Source: Microcystis novacekii Mn_MB_F_20050700_S1
GTDB lineage: Bacteria; Cyanobacteriota; Cyanobacteriia; Cyanobacteriales; Microcystaceae
Direction: 5' to 3'
Length of the DNA stretch: 40,000 nt
Assembly: GCA_007096045.1 (NCBI GenBank)
Contig: SFAU01000020.1
Span: 21,798 to 61,797 of the forward strand
Shown: positions 17,408-28,788 of the stretch, one piece after another
How positions within the stretch are numbered: position 1 is the first letter of the stretch
Layout of the letters: every line of letters begins with the position of its first letter
Program-made: the position numbers and the translations under genes
The notes under the pieces: generated by a model
The model's database searches: none
What the model was told of the DNA's origin: nothing
What the model saw: only the letters and a program-made list of their open reading frames with translations

Positions 17408-20400
17408 ATGGTTGAGAGTATAGATTACAAAAAATTAATGGCAACGACCTTAAGCAAAATGGAGGTCATGCAGGCTCGTATCAATGAATTAGAGACGAGA
17501 CAAAGTGAAGCTATTGCGGTGGTTGGGATGGCTTGTCGTTTTCCTGGAGGTATTAATTCCCCAGAAAAATATTGGAGTTTTTGTCAAGCCGGGCTTGATG
17601 CTATAGTAGAAGTTCCTAAAAGCCGTTGGGATATCTCAAAACTGTATTCTCAAGAACCAACTTTAGGAAAAATGAACACCGCTTATGGAGGATTTCTTCA
17701 AGAGAATATCACAGAATTTGATGCCCGTTTCTTTTCGATCTCAGCAAGAGAAGCAGCCTCCATGGATCCTCAACAAAGGTTACTCTTAGAAGTTGCTTGG
17801 GAAGCGTTAGAAAATGCCAATTTACCTCTGAAAAATTTAGCAGATAATAAAGTAGGGGTATTTGTGGGGATTACTAGCATTGATCATGCCCTGAAGGTTT
17901 ACGGCACAAACTATGATCAAATTGACTCTTTTTTTGGCACCGGCAATGCTCTAAGCGCAGCCGCCGGAAGGCTATCTTATTTTCTCAATCTTCACGGTCC
18001 TTGTCTCTCGATTGATGCAGCCTGTGCCTCCTCATTAGTAGCCGTCCATCAGGGGATTCGTAGCCTGAGAAATCGTGAATGTGAACTCGCTTTAGTGGGT
18101 GGGGTAAACCTCATTTTAGAACCCGCAATTACGATTAGTCTTTCTCAGTCGGGAATGATGTCCCCCGATGGGCGTTGCAAAACCTTCGATGCCTCTGCTA
18201 ACGGATATGTGCGAGGGGAAGGCTGTGGGGTTTTAATCTTAAAAACTTTATCAGAAGCCCAGAAAAACGGGGATCACATTCTTGCCCTGTTGCGAGGTTC
18301 GGCGGTGAATCATAATGGGGCTGCTGCCGGTTTAACCGTACCCAGTGGACCCGCCCAGCAAGAATTGCTCCGTCAAGCTCTAGCTGATGCCAGAATAGTC
18401 CCTGAAGATGTCAGCTACATAGAAGCTCATGGCACAGGCACTTCTTTAGGAGATCCCATCGAATTGAATGCCATTGCCTCAGTTTATGGAAAGCGCTCCG
18501 ACCCTCTTTATATCGCCTCAGTGAAAACCAATATCGGTCATCTTGAAGCCGCAGCTGGCATGGCCGGAATAATCAAAACAATTCTGATTCTTCAACAGGG
18601 TGAAATCCCCTCCCATCTTCACTTCCAAATCCCTAATCCTCTGATTAATTGGGAAGACCATCCTATTAAAATTCCTACTCAAAATATACCTTGGCCGAAT
18701 AACAATAAAGTCCCTATAGCTGGGGTAAGTTCTTTTGGGTTTTCTGGCACAAATGCCCATGTCATTGTTCAACAGGCCCCCGTCAGCAAAATCTCAGAAA
18801 TTCAACAACAAATTCCCAGTCATCTCTTAACCCTTTCAGCCCACAACAAAACCGCTTTAAAAGAATTAGCCACACGCTTCCATACCCTCCTAGAATCTCG
18901 TCCTGAAATTGGAGATATTTGTTATAGTGCAGCCGTCGGGAGGATAGATTTACCTGAACGTTTAGCCATTGTTGGCGATACTTGTCCAGAATTACAACAA
19001 AGATTAACCGCTTTTGCTGAAGAAAACCCACTTGATGATTTGACTTTTTATCAACGTTTTACATCGGAAAAATCCCCTAAAATTGTTTTTCTTTTTACAG
19101 GGCAAGGGGCTTGTTATCCCGGCATGGGGCATCAACTCTATCAAACCCAGCCGACATTTCGTCAATATATTGATCAATGTGCCGAAATATTAGCGAAGTA
19201 TTTAGACCATCCTTTAACTGAGATATTATTTGGTGAACAGACCGATTTACTCAATCAAACTGCTTATGCTCAACCAGCTATATTCGCCCTAGAATATTCC
19301 CTAACAATGCTATGGAAATCTTGGGGAATTACCCCCAGTTTACTGATTGGCCATAGTGTGGGAGAATATGTAGCAGCTTGTATCGCAGGAGTATTTAGCT
19401 TAGAGGATGGACTCGCCTTAGTTGTCAAACGGGGGCAATTAATGCAAACCACGACCTCTGGGAAAATGGCTTCAATTTTTGCTGATGAAGAGACAGTAAG
19501 TTCCCTAATTAAAAATTATACTCAAACAGTTTCAATAGCTGCCATTAATCACCCTCAACAGATTGTTATTGCTGGAGAAAGTGCCAGCCTTGAGGAAGTT
19601 ATTAACACTTGCAAAAAGCAAAAAATTCCCGCTCAATATCTTCCCGTTACTCAGGCTTTTCACTCCCCTTTAATGGAGCCAATTTTAAAAGAATTTGAAA
19701 AAGAGGCTCGTCAAATTTCTTATCAACGCCCCCAAATTCTGCTACTTTCAGGACTTGATGGAGAGCTTTTAGAAAATGCACCAGATGCCGCTTACTGGAG
19801 CAAACAATGCCGAGAACCAGTAAGATTTTTGTCGAGTTTAATAACCGCTTTCAACAAGGGATATAACCTATTTTTAGAAGTGGGACCAAGACCAATACTA
19901 GCAGAACAAGGTCGTCGTTATAAAGATGAGTTCATCTGGTTAAGTTCCCTCAATCGTGGCTTAGATAACTGGCATACAATTCTTTCAGCCTTGGGACAAC
20001 TCTACCTAAATGGCGCGCCTTTCAATCCAGAACAATTCAATCGAAATTATGGCTATAAAAAAGTCAGATTGCCGAACTATCCCTTTCAAAGGAAACCTTG
20101 CCAATTTCAGCCCAATCCTCGAACAGAAAATCAGAGCATTGACAAAATATTCCTAGACGCACAAACCTCTAACCTTACCGATACCGAAACCACAGTTTTC
20201 AATATGCAAAAACATCAACAGGAAATCCGTAATCAATTAAAATCAATTTTGGCTTTACTTCTGAAAGAAGATGAGAACGATCTACCGGAGGATGAGACAT
20301 TACTAAACTTAGGAGCAGACTCAATTATCTTGACTGACTTTTCTCGCAAAGTTGAAGAAAAATTTCAAGTCAAAGTGAAAATAGATCAACTCTTTACCGA

Positions 20401-23400
20401 TTTACAAACTCTTGTTGATATCGCCGAATACCTCTGCCAATTTGTCAAAGAAAAACCCTTAGAAAATACTTCAGAAATAACAACTAAAGTTATCAATGAT
20501 GAGACAGAATTAAGCAATTATTTGCAAGTCATTGAGCAATTGCAACCCATCGCTACAGCCTATATCATCAAGGCCTTAGAGTCCTTAGGGAAAAAACTTA
20601 ATCAAGGGGAACAATGGACAATAGAAACCCTAAGACAAACCTTACCTGTTGCCCCTAAATATCACATTTTGCTCAATCGTTATTTGCAGGATTTAGAGCA
20701 AGCTAATATTCTTCAAAATCAAGGGAATATTTGGACTGTCAAAAACTTGCCTGAGTCTTTTTCCTTGCCCCAAGCCCTACAAAAGCTAGAAAAAACTTGT
20801 CCATCTGCAAAACCTGAATTAGAAATGCTGCAACGCTGCGGCGAAAATTTAGCAGAAGTTCTCAAGGGAAATATAGACCCCTTGACATTAATTTTCCCAG
20901 AAGGTTCCGTTGCTCATGCAGAAAGTATCTATGGAAATTCTCCCGTATCTCGATTGATGAATCAACGAGTCGCCCAAGCTATTAACCAGATTTTAACCAA
21001 CTTTTCTAATAGTGATTGCCCCTATCAAATTCTCGAAATAGGAGGAGGAACTGGTGCCACTTCAGAAGCAATTCTTAACCACTTAAACCTCGATCATATC
21101 ACTTATTCTTTTAGCGAAGTTTCTCCCTTCTTACTGCATCAAGCTAGGCAAAAATTTCAGAAAAAATATAACCTAAACTTTCATCAACTAGACATTGAAA
21201 AGTCCCCCATTTCTCAGGGGATACCTGCTCATACTTATCATATCGTTGTAGCCGCTAACGTCCTTCATGCGACCCGAAATATTACAGAAACTCTAACCCA
21301 TATTCGGGAACTGCTGCGCCCCGGCGGTTACTTAGTTCTCCTCGAAACCGTAGAAAATAACTCATGGCTGAATTTAACCTTTGGATTAACCCCCGGCTGG
21401 TGGCGCTTTCAGGACCAAGAATTACGCTCAGACACTCCCTTATTAAGTGGGGAAAATTGGTGTTCCGTTTTAAAGCGCTGTGGTTTCGCTACGGCGAATA
21501 GTTTCTCTAAACAAAACAATATTCCCATTAACAATGGCCAAGAATTAATTCTTGCTTGTGTGCCAGATGAACCCCTCTCAATTCCTGCAATTCCTAAGTT
21601 CACTGTCTCAGGTGAAAGCTCCGGTAAAGAAGCCTTAATGATGGCTCAATTACAATCTTTAAAAGACCTAAAAGACCTCCATGAGAAAACCATTATCAAG
21701 CAATTAGAAGTTCTTCAAACTGCCACCGTCTCCCCCAGTATAGCCCCCGAAATATTAACGAATCAGACTCAAATCATTCCTACCCAAAGCTCTAAGATAG
21801 AAACTTACCTTCCGGTTTCTCAAGAGAAGCCCAAATCTCCTGAGAAACCTAGTTCTCCCAATTTAAACCCCTTAGCTTTAAAGCTGACTGAGAACAAATC
21901 CTTAACCGAACAACAACAAGCCTTTATTCAAAATTTACAGAGTATTTATAACCAGAAAACCGCCAAATCAAAAGCCTATTCACAAAATAGCCGTAAGACA
22001 ATGGTGGATGTTAAACCGACCATTGACTTCCGCATGGCCTTAAAAGAATTTCAATATCCCATTGTTTCAGAATCTGCTCAAGGGGCTTATTTTAAGGACA
22101 TTGATGGCAATAATTACATTGACTTAGCTATGGGGTTTGGGGTTAACTTTTTTGGGCATAGTCCAGATTTTGTCATTGAAGCGGTTCAAGAACAAATGAA
22201 CCGAGGAATAGGTTTAGGAATGCAGTCAAATCTGGCTGCCGAAACCGCCGCTTTAATTAGTGAAATGGGTCGAGTCGAAAGAGTCGCTTTTAGTAATACG
22301 GGAACCGAGGCGATTATGGCCGCTGTTCGCATTGCTCGCTCTCGTACAAAACGTCAAAAAATCGTTATGTTCGCTGGCTCCTACCATGGAACTTTTGACG
22401 GCATCTTAGCACGAGTAGGAGAAGATAAAACCACGGCTCAACCCTTAAGTTTAGGCACTCCTTTAGGAATGGTTGAAGACATAATAGTCTTGAGTTATGG
22501 AGTTGAAGAAAGCCTCGATATTATTGCTACTCATGCTGATGATTTAGCCGCCGTATTAGTCGAACCAGTTCAAAGTCGCAAACCCGATTTACAGCCTCAA
22601 GAATTTCTGCAAAAACTACGACAAATAACCCATAAAAAAGGGATCACACTCATTTTTGATGAAATTATTACCGGCTTTCGGATTGCTCCGGGAGGAGCGC
22701 AAGAATGGTTCAATGTTGAAGCTGATATAGTCATTTATGGTAAGGCCATTGGAGGAGGTTTACCAATTAGTATGATCTGCGGTAAAGCAGATTTCTTAGA
22801 TACCGTTGACGGCGGTTTCTGGCAATACGGAGATGACTCTCATCCCCAAACCGAGTTAACCGCTTTTGGGGGAACTTTTTGTCGTCATCCTTTAGCCCTT
22901 GCTGCTTGTCGTGCTGTGCTTTTACATCTTCGGGAAAACAGTCCAACGATTCAAGAAAAAGTGAATCAATTAACTCATCGATTAGCCACCGAAGTCAATC
23001 AATTCTTTCAAGAAATAGGCATTCCGATTCGGGTTGTTAATTTTGGCTCTTTATTCCGCTTTGAACCTTTTGGAGCTTATAGTATCTTCTTACAACCCAT
23101 CGAATTACCCCTCTTTTATTACCTATTAAATCTTAAAGGAATCTACACATGGGAAAAACGAGTTTGTTTTCTCTCCACCTGCCATACTAATGAAGATATA
23201 GACAAAGTTATAGTAGCCGTCAAAGAAGCGATTACGGAATTGCAGCAAGCTGGTTTTTTTGCTAATGCTAAACGCCCTCAAGTCAAGAAAGAAGAAAAAA
23301 AGCCCCTCTCTGAAGATGAAGATGGTAGGGGACATCTACCATCTTTAAATCAGTCCTTTCCCACCAGTGAAGCTCAACGTCAACTTTGGTTATTAGCTGA

Positions 23401-26400
23401 ATTAGACTGTGATGCTTCAGCATCCTATAACGTCACAACATCTCTAGAATTACTAGGTTCTTTAGATGCTTACATTTTAGAAAAAACGATTAATCAAGTT
23501 ATTAATCGCCATGAAGCTTTGCGAACCAAAATTATAGAACAAGGAGAATTACAGGAAGTTGTCAATGAAGTTAACATTAAATTAAACCTCATTGATTTGA
23601 AGGATGAAGATAATCCCGAAGCGACGGCCTTAGCGTTACGATCTCAGTTTTCCCAAAAAACCTTTGACCTGTCGATTGCTCCTTTATTTGCTGTGATTTT
23701 AATGCGCTTAAAATCTGACCATTATCTGCTATCTTTAAAAACTCATCATATTGTGGCAGATGGTTGGTCACTAGGATTAATTTTGCAGGAAATTGGTCAA
23801 CTTTATTCATCCCCAAATAACACAACTAAAGATGTTCTCAAACCACCGATGCAGTTTCGGCAATATTTAACCTTGCGAGCGCAAGAGACGCAAAGTCCGC
23901 AAATGTTAGAGCATCGGGATTTTTGGTTGAAAACCTATCAGGAAGAGCTGCCAACCTTTGAGCTTCCCACCGACTTTCCCCGTCCCGCCGTTAAAACCTA
24001 CACTGGCGGACAAGAAAGTCAAGTCATTCCCTCGGAAGTTGGGCAAAATTTGCAGAAAGTAGGACGCAAAAATAAAGCTACATTATTTATGACGATGTTC
24101 GCCGCTTATACTGCTTTTTTGCGTCGAATTTCTGGCCATAAGGATTTAGTCATTGGTATTCCTATTTCTGGGCGACAAATAGAAGGTAGTGACAACTTAG
24201 TAGGCTTTTGTTCTCAATTTTTACCCCTGCGGATACAAGTCGATGCTACCACCTCTTTTATTGAACATTTACAACACACTAAACAAACCCTGATCGACGC
24301 TTTTCGCCATCAGAGTTATACTTTAGAGGATTTATTAGCAGCTTTACAATTACCTAGAGATTTTTCTCGTTCTCCTCTCATTTCGGTATCTTTTAACATG
24401 GATCCTAGTTTAACTTTGCCTGAGTTTAAAGACTTAAAAGTATCCTTGCCACCGTCACCGATTGGTTACACCCCTTTTGATCTAGGATTTAACTTAATTG
24501 AACTTAATGATAACCTCATTATTTACTGCAATTACAATACAGAACTCTTTAAAAAAGAGACAATTAAACAATTTATTGAAAGCTTTGAAATTTTGCTAAG
24601 GGGAGTCATTGACGATGCTAATCATCTTCTTTATCAGTTACCTTTATTAACCCCAGTCCAACAAGAGAAGTTACTCAGACAATTAACGGGAAAAACTCGC
24701 CAACTCCCTGAGAAAGCCACCATCATTGATGACTTTGTAGCTCAAGTTAAATTAACCCCTAATGCTCCCGCCCTAATTGCGGGAAAAATTAGCCTTAGAT
24801 ATCAAGAATTAAATGAAAAAGTCAATCGTCTTACCCATTATTTACAGCAGGAATATCAGCTAGGTGTAGGAAAAGTGATTGGGGTCATGCTCCAGCGTGA
24901 TCACAACTTAATCATCGGGATTCTGGCTACCTTTAAAACTGGAGCGACTTACGTTCCTATAGACTCTCAATATCCTCACAGTCGCATTGAGTTTATTTTA
25001 AAAGATAGTGGCTGTCATGTTTGCCTAACGGAGAGTAATTTTATCTCTAAGTTACCTGAAAAAATGGAAAAAATTTGCTTAGATAAAATTGATCCTATTG
25101 TTGAAAAATATGACAAAGATGAGCCTAAAATATTTCGCAATTCTAGCCAAACTGCTTATATTTTCTACACTTCAGGTTCAACTGGTAATCCTAAAGGAGT
25201 CATGGGCCGTCACATCTCAATTTTGAATGTTATTCAAAGCTTACGACTTACTTTTGATTTAGATAAACATCCTGAATGGCGCTATATTTTCACAGCTGCC
25301 GTTACTCATGATCCATCTATTCGTAATATTTTTCTCCCCTTAACCATAGGTGCATCCCTATATATGTACGAAATAAAATATATAGGACATTTGGTTTCTT
25401 TCCTACAAGAAAATCAAATTAATGCCCTACATACTACCCCCTCTATCTATCGAGAAATCTTAGGGCTACTTGAACCGGGAGAAACCATTTCCAGCTTAAA
25501 ATATATCTCGGTAGGAGGGGAAAAATTAGATCGGGAAACTGCCTTAGCTTTGCGGAAACGTTTTCCAGCAGAAATTGTTAGCAATGTTTACGGATCTACA
25601 GAAACTTGTGTAGGAGTATCCCAGTATGAAATCAAAGAAAACTTAGACAGCGAAATCCCCCTCGGTCAAGTTTTCCATAACAATCGCTTAGGGGTTCTTG
25701 ATGAATTTAATAATCCCGTTCCCCTCCATGTAATCGGTGAGATTTGTGTAGAAGGTGCCGCCCTAGCATCGGGTTATCATAACCAACCCGAAATGACTCA
25801 AGAAAAATTTAAACCTAGCTTTCTTGATGAGACACAAACTCTCTTTAGAACCGGCGATTTAGGCAAGCAAACTGCTCCTGGTATCATTGAGTTTATGGGA
25901 CGAAAAGATAATCAAGTTAAGGTCAATGGTTATCGAATTGATCCTGGAGAAATTGAATATCAATTGACTCGTTATGCTCCCATTGAAAGAGCGATTGTTT
26001 TACCCATTCAAGTTAATAATCAAACTCAATTATCTGCTTACTGTCAAACAGAAAAAACTCTAGAAATTGCTGAGATTCGAGAATTTCTTGCCAAGTTTTT
26101 ACCAGTTTATATGATTCCCAGTTACTTTATTTTTTTAAAGCAATTCCCCTTAACTCGACATGGGAAACTTGACCTGCACTCCCTGAGAGAACTCAGAGAA
26201 ACCGGTAAATCTCTGGTGAATTCTAATTATGTTGCACCCCGGAATTATTTAGAATCCAATCTCGTTAGTATCTGGGAAAAAATTCTCTCTAAACATCCTA
26301 TCGGTATTTTTGATAACTTCTTTGAAATTGGTGGTCATTCTCTACTCTTATCAAGGGTTGTAACGCGGGTTCATAAAGAACTGAATGTATCCGTAAAATT

Positions 26401-27871
26401 GGCTGACTTCTTTAAAGTTCCAACCGTTGCTGGATTGGCGACTTTAATCTCCCATACTCAATACAATTATCAAGAACCCATTTCGGCAATTCCCCCCCAA
26501 AAATCTTATCCGATGTCTCATGGTCAGCGTCGTCTTTGGGCTTTAGAATTTCTAGATCAAAATCATAATGCCTACGGAATGCCCAGTGCTTATCAATTCA
26601 AGGGCAATCTCAATATTGATGCTTTTGAAAATGCCTTTCAACAGTTAATTCAACGCCATGAAATTTTGCGGACAACCTTTACTTTAATCAATAATCAACC
26701 CCGTCAAGTTGTCCATAATCAAATGAACTTTGTCATTAAACAAATAGACCTGACAGCTTATGTTAGCACAGAACAAGAAACCCTGATCGAAGAAGCGATC
26801 AGCCATAATGCCAAAACGACTTTTGATTTAGAAGTGGGACCGTTACTTAAAGTTAACTTACTTAAACTAAGCCAAGAGAATTACATCGTCTTGTTTAATA
26901 TGCACCATATCATTTTTGACGGTTGGTCAGCTGGGGTTTTAATTAAAGATTTCCTCACCCATTATCACGCCTATGGACAAGAAAATTCCCAATTAATGCC
27001 CCCTCTTAGAATTCATTATAAAGACTATACTTCTTGGCAAGAAAGTCAATTAGAAACCTCGAAACTTCAAGATCAACGGGATTACTGGTTAGCTAAATTA
27101 ACTCCTGTTCCTGTGCGTCTTAACTTACCTGTTGATTATCCCCGCCCACCTGTTAAAAGTTTTCAGGGAAATACAATTACATGGCAACCTGAACCCGAAT
27201 TGATCGATACTTTTGAGAAGTTAGTTAAAGCACAAGAAGCCAGTTTATTTATGGGTTTAGTTAGTTTGGTTAAGAGTTTTCTATTCCGTTATACTGAGCA
27301 AAATGAAATTACAATAGGCTCTGCTATCGCTGGCAGAAATCATCCTGATTTAGAAGATCAAATCGGATTTTATGTTAACACTCTCGTCCTGCGGGATCAG
27401 ATAGCAAATCACGACAGTTTTACGGATGTCCTTAGCAAAGTAAAAACAACCACTTTAGAGGCTTATGATCATCAAGACTATCCCTTTGATCAGATCGTAT
27501 CTGATTTGAATTTACAACGAGATCCTAGCCGTAATGCTCTCTTTGATGTGGCAATTGTCCTGCAAAATAATCAAAATGTAGATCTGGCCTTGGACGGAAT
27601 TACAGTTAACTCCATTGACCCAAAAATGATGACCGCTAAATTTGATTTAGAATTTATCTTTGTTGAGGAAGAAGAACTTTATCTCAAGCTAATCTACAAC
27701 ACAGATATATTTATCCATGAGCGAATTTTATTGATCATAGATTTGTTCAAAAATTGGCTAGAGCAAGTTTTAAAATTTGCCCATGAACCTTTGATAAACT
27801 TATCCTTAGCTTCCTCGGAAAATCCTATTCAAGAGGAGCAAGACCTGTTCACAGAAGACTTTAATTTTTAG
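17408..27871 (+). CDS. mcyE: Microcystin synthetase McyE: hybrid PKS-NRPS (KS-AT-ACP-CM-aminotransferase-C-A-PCP-C)
   Basis: 3487 aa, the published McyE length as recalled. Motifs: KS Cys (18023), AT GHSVG (Ser at 19355) plus QAFHS, ACP GADS (Ser at 20321), CM EIGGGTG (21035-21055). The class-III aminotransferase region has YGKAIGGG (Lys at 22742). Then C HHIVADG (23744-23764), A-domain core YTSGSTGNPKG (25166-25198), PCP GGHS (Ser at 26339) and terminal C HHIIFDG (26903). The published mcyE primer (recalled) matches at ~25739 with 1 mismatch. Confidence 0.97.
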   Translation: MVESIDYKKLMATTLSKMEVMQARINELETRQSEAIAVVGMACRFPGGINSPEKYWSFCQAGLDAIVEVPKSRWDISKLYSQEPTLGKMNTAYGGFLQENITEFDARFFSISAREAASMDPQQRLLLEVAWEALENANLPLKNLADNKVGVFVGITSIDHALKVYGTNYDQIDSFFGTGNALSAAAGRLSYFLNLHGPCLSIDAACASSLVAVHQGIRSLRNRECELALVGGVNLILEPAITISLSQSGMMSPDGRCKTFDASANGYVRGEGCGVLILKTLSEAQKNGDHILALLRGSAVNHNGAAAGLTVPSGPAQQELLRQALADARIVPEDVSYIEAHGTGTSLGDPIELNAIASVYGKRSDPLYIASVKTNIGHLEAAAGMAGIIKTILILQQGEIPSHLHFQIPNPLINWEDHPIKIPTQNIPWPNNNKVPIAGVSSFGFSGTNAHVIVQQAPVSKISEIQQQIPSHLLTLSAHNKTALKELATRFHTLLESRPEIGDICYSAAVGRIDLPERLAIVGDTCPELQQRLTAFAEENPLDDLTFYQRFTSEKSPKIVFLFTGQGACYPGMGHQLYQTQPTFRQYIDQCAEILAKYLDHPLTEILFGEQTDLLNQTAYAQPAIFALEYSLTMLWKSWGITPSLLIGHSVGEYVAACIAGVFSLEDGLALVVKRGQLMQTTTSGKMASIFADEETVSSLIKNYTQTVSIAAINHPQQIVIAGESASLEEVINTCKKQKIPAQYLPVTQAFHSPLMEPILKEFEKEARQISYQRPQILLLSGLDGELLENAPDAAYWSKQCREPVRFLSSLITAFNKGYNLFLEVGPRPILAEQGRRYKDEFIWLSSLNRGLDNWHTILSALGQLYLNGAPFNPEQFNRNYGYKKVRLPNYPFQRKPCQFQPNPRTENQSIDKIFLDAQTSNLTDTETTVFNMQKHQQEIRNQLKSILALLLKEDENDLPEDETLLNLGADSIILTDFSRKVEEKFQVKVKIDQLFTDLQTLVDIAEYLCQFVKEKPLENTSEITTKVINDETELSNYLQVIEQLQPIATAYIIKALESLGKKLNQGEQWTIETLRQTLPVAPKYHILLNRYLQDLEQANILQNQGNIWTVKNLPESFSLPQALQKLEKTCPSAKPELEMLQRCGENLAEVLKGNIDPLTLIFPEGSVAHAESIYGNSPVSRLMNQRVAQAINQILTNFSNSDCPYQILEIGGGTGATSEAILNHLNLDHITYSFSEVSPFLLHQARQKFQKKYNLNFHQLDIEKSPISQGIPAHTYHIVVAANVLHATRNITETLTHIRELLRPGGYLVLLETVENNSWLNLTFGLTPGWWRFQDQELRSDTPLLSGENWCSVLKRCGFATANSFSKQNNIPINNGQELILACVPDEPLSIPAIPKFTVSGESSGKEALMMAQLQSLKDLKDLHEKTIIKQLEVLQTATVSPSIAPEILTNQTQIIPTQSSKIETYLPVSQEKPKSPEKPSSPNLNPLALKLTENKSLTEQQQAFIQNLQSIYNQKTAKSKAYSQNSRKTMVDVKPTIDFRMALKEFQYPIVSESAQGAYFKDIDGNNYIDLAMGFGVNFFGHSPDFVIEAVQEQMNRGIGLGMQSNLAAETAALISEMGRVERVAFSNTGTEAIMAAVRIARSRTKRQKIVMFAGSYHGTFDGILARVGEDKTTAQPLSLGTPLGMVEDIIVLSYGVEESLDIIATHADDLAAVLVEPVQSRKPDLQPQEFLQKLRQITHKKGITLIFDEIITGFRIAPGGAQEWFNVEADIVIYGKAIGGGLPISMICGKADFLDTVDGGFWQYGDDSHPQTELTAFGGTFCRHPLALAACRAVLLHLRENSPTIQEKVNQLTHRLATEVNQFFQEIGIPIRVVNFGSLFRFEPFGAYSIFLQPIELPLFYYLLNLKGIYTWEKRVCFLSTCHTNEDIDKVIVAVKEAITELQQAGFFANAKRPQVKKEEKKPLSEDEDGRGHLPSLNQSFPTSEAQRQLWLLAELDCDASASYNVTTSLELLGSLDAYILEKTINQVINRHEALRTKIIEQGELQEVVNEVNIKLNLIDLKDEDNPEATALALRSQFSQKTFDLSIAPLFAVILMRLKSDHYLLSLKTHHIVADGWSLGLILQEIGQLYSSPNNTTKDVLKPPMQFRQYLTLRAQETQSPQMLEHRDFWLKTYQEELPTFELPTDFPRPAVKTYTGGQESQVIPSEVGQNLQKVGRKNKATLFMTMFAAYTAFLRRISGHKDLVIGIPISGRQIEGSDNLVGFCSQFLPLRIQVDATTSFIEHLQHTKQTLIDAFRHQSYTLEDLLAALQLPRDFSRSPLISVSFNMDPSLTLPEFKDLKVSLPPSPIGYTPFDLGFNLIELNDNLIIYCNYNTELFKKETIKQFIESFEILLRGVIDDANHLLYQLPLLTPVQQEKLLRQLTGKTRQLPEKATIIDDFVAQVKLTPNAPALIAGKISLRYQELNEKVNRLTHYLQQEYQLGVGKVIGVMLQRDHNLIIGILATFKTGATYVPIDSQYPHSRIEFILKDSGCHVCLTESNFISKLPEKMEKICLDKIDPIVEKYDKDEPKIFRNSSQTAYIFYTSGSTGNPKGVMGRHISILNVIQSLRLTFDLDKHPEWRYIFTAAVTHDPSIRNIFLPLTIGASLYMYEIKYIGHLVSFLQENQINALHTTPSIYREILGLLEPGETISSLKYISVGGEKLDRETALALRKRFPAEIVSNVYGSTETCVGVSQYEIKENLDSEIPLGQVFHNNRLGVLDEFNNPVPLHVIGEICVEGAALASGYHNQPEMTQEKFKPSFLDETQTLFRTGDLGKQTAPGIIEFMGRKDNQVKVNGYRIDPGEIEYQLTRYAPIERAIVLPIQVNNQTQLSAYCQTEKTLEIAEIREFLAKFLPVYMIPSYFIFLKQFPLTRHGKLDLHSLRELRETGKSLVNSNYVAPRNYLESNLVSIWEKILSKHPIGIFDNFFEIGGHSLLLSRVVTRVHKELNVSVKLADFFKVPTVAGLATLISHTQYNYQEPISAIPPQKSYPMSHGQRRLWALEFLDQNHNAYGMPSAYQFKGNLNIDAFENAFQQLIQRHEILRTTFTLINNQPRQVVHNQMNFVIKQIDLTAYVSTEQETLIEEAISHNAKTTFDLEVGPLLKVNLLKLSQENYIVLFNMHHIIFDGWSAGVLIKDFLTHYHAYGQENSQLMPPLRIHYKDYTSWQESQLETSKLQDQRDYWLAKLTPVPVRLNLPVDYPRPPVKSFQGNTITWQPEPELIDTFEKLVKAQEASLFMGLVSLVKSFLFRYTEQNEITIGSAIAGRNHPDLEDQIGFYVNTLVLRDQIANHDSFTDVLSKVKTTTLEAYDHQDYPFDQIVSDLNLQRDPSRNALFDVAIVLQNNQNVDLALDGITVNSIDPKMMTAKFDLEFIFVEEEELYLKLIYNTDIFIHERILLIIDLFKNWLEQVLKFAHEPLINLSLASSENPIQEEQDLFTEDFNF

Positions 27872-27902
27872 TCAACAGCAATCATAATAGCAGGAGATTT
27901 TA

Positions 27903-28658
27903 ATGAAAACAAAACTACCGATTCTTGGCGTTTTAGGGGGTATGGGACCAGTCGTAACCGCCGAATTTCTGAAGTCGATTTATGAATATAATCCTTTTAT
28001 TGAGAAGGAACAAGAAGCCCCTAATGTTATCGTTTTTTCCCTTCCCTCTGCACCTGATCGCACAGGTTCTATTGATAGTGGAAAAGAAAGAGAATTTATT
28101 GATTTTATCCAAGTCAATCTGGAACATCTCAATCAACTGGCTGATTGCATAGTTATTGGCTGTTGTACGGCTCATTATGCTCTACCTCAGATCCCCGAAA
28201 ATCTAAAGGATAAACTTATTTCCTTAATTAAAATAGCGGATCAAGAACTCCAAGAACATAATGAACCTACCCTTTTACTTGCTAGTACAGGGACTTACCA
28301 GAAAAAATTATTTCATGAAGGCTGCACCACCGCAGACCTGATTATTTCTCTCTCAGAAAGTGATCAAAAGTTGATTCATGAAATGATCTATAAAGTGCTA
28401 AAAAGAGGACACGATCCGTTAAGTATTCTTAGGGATATAGAAGAATTATTAGAGAAATATAACACTCGCTCCTATATTTCTGGGTGTACCGAATTTCATC
28501 TCTTAACAAAATCTCTCAAACTCAAAGGAATTGACTCCATTAAAGCGATCGATCCTTTAAGTACCATCGCTCAAAACTTTTCTCAGTTAATCATCAAACA
28601 AGCTCAGGTAGATCTAGTGACCGACTGCCATCAGCCTTCAAACCCAAAAAGCCCTTGA
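27903..28658 (+). CDS. mcyF: Asp/Glu racemase-family protein McyF (aspartate racemase)
   Basis: 251 aa, the published length as recalled. It has the two-Cys racemase motifs IGCCTAH (28158-28175) and SGCTEFH (~28471-28490). AGGAGA lies upstream of the ATG, 31 bp after the mcyE stop. Confidence 0.93.
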   Translation: MKTKLPILGVLGGMGPVVTAEFLKSIYEYNPFIEKEQEAPNVIVFSLPSAPDRTGSIDSGKEREFIDFIQVNLEHLNQLADCIVIGCCTAHYALPQIPENLKDKLISLIKIADQELQEHNEPTLLLASTGTYQKKLFHEGCTTADLIISLSESDQKLIHEMIYKVLKRGHDPLSILRDIEELLEKYNTRSYISGCTEFHLLTKSLKLKGIDSIKAIDPLSTIAQNFSQLIIKQAQVDLVTDCHQPSNPKSP

Positions 28659-28788
28659 CCATCGCACCTCTATCAGGTACAATTCAAACTTGAGTTGATC
28701 ACTTCTGACTTTTAACTTGTGCGTAGCGATATACTGGCTCATCAGGTTTTCGAGATTGGTTCTATTTTTGATAAGGAGGTGTAAAAAA

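Noticed and set aside
28717-28788. Upstream start for mcyG suggested by the ORF track (2655 aa)
   Set aside because: The extension (MCVAIYWLIRFSRLVLFLIRRCKK) uses a non-ATG start and has no RBS. The ATG at 28789 has a perfect AAGGAGG and gives the expected 2631 aa.
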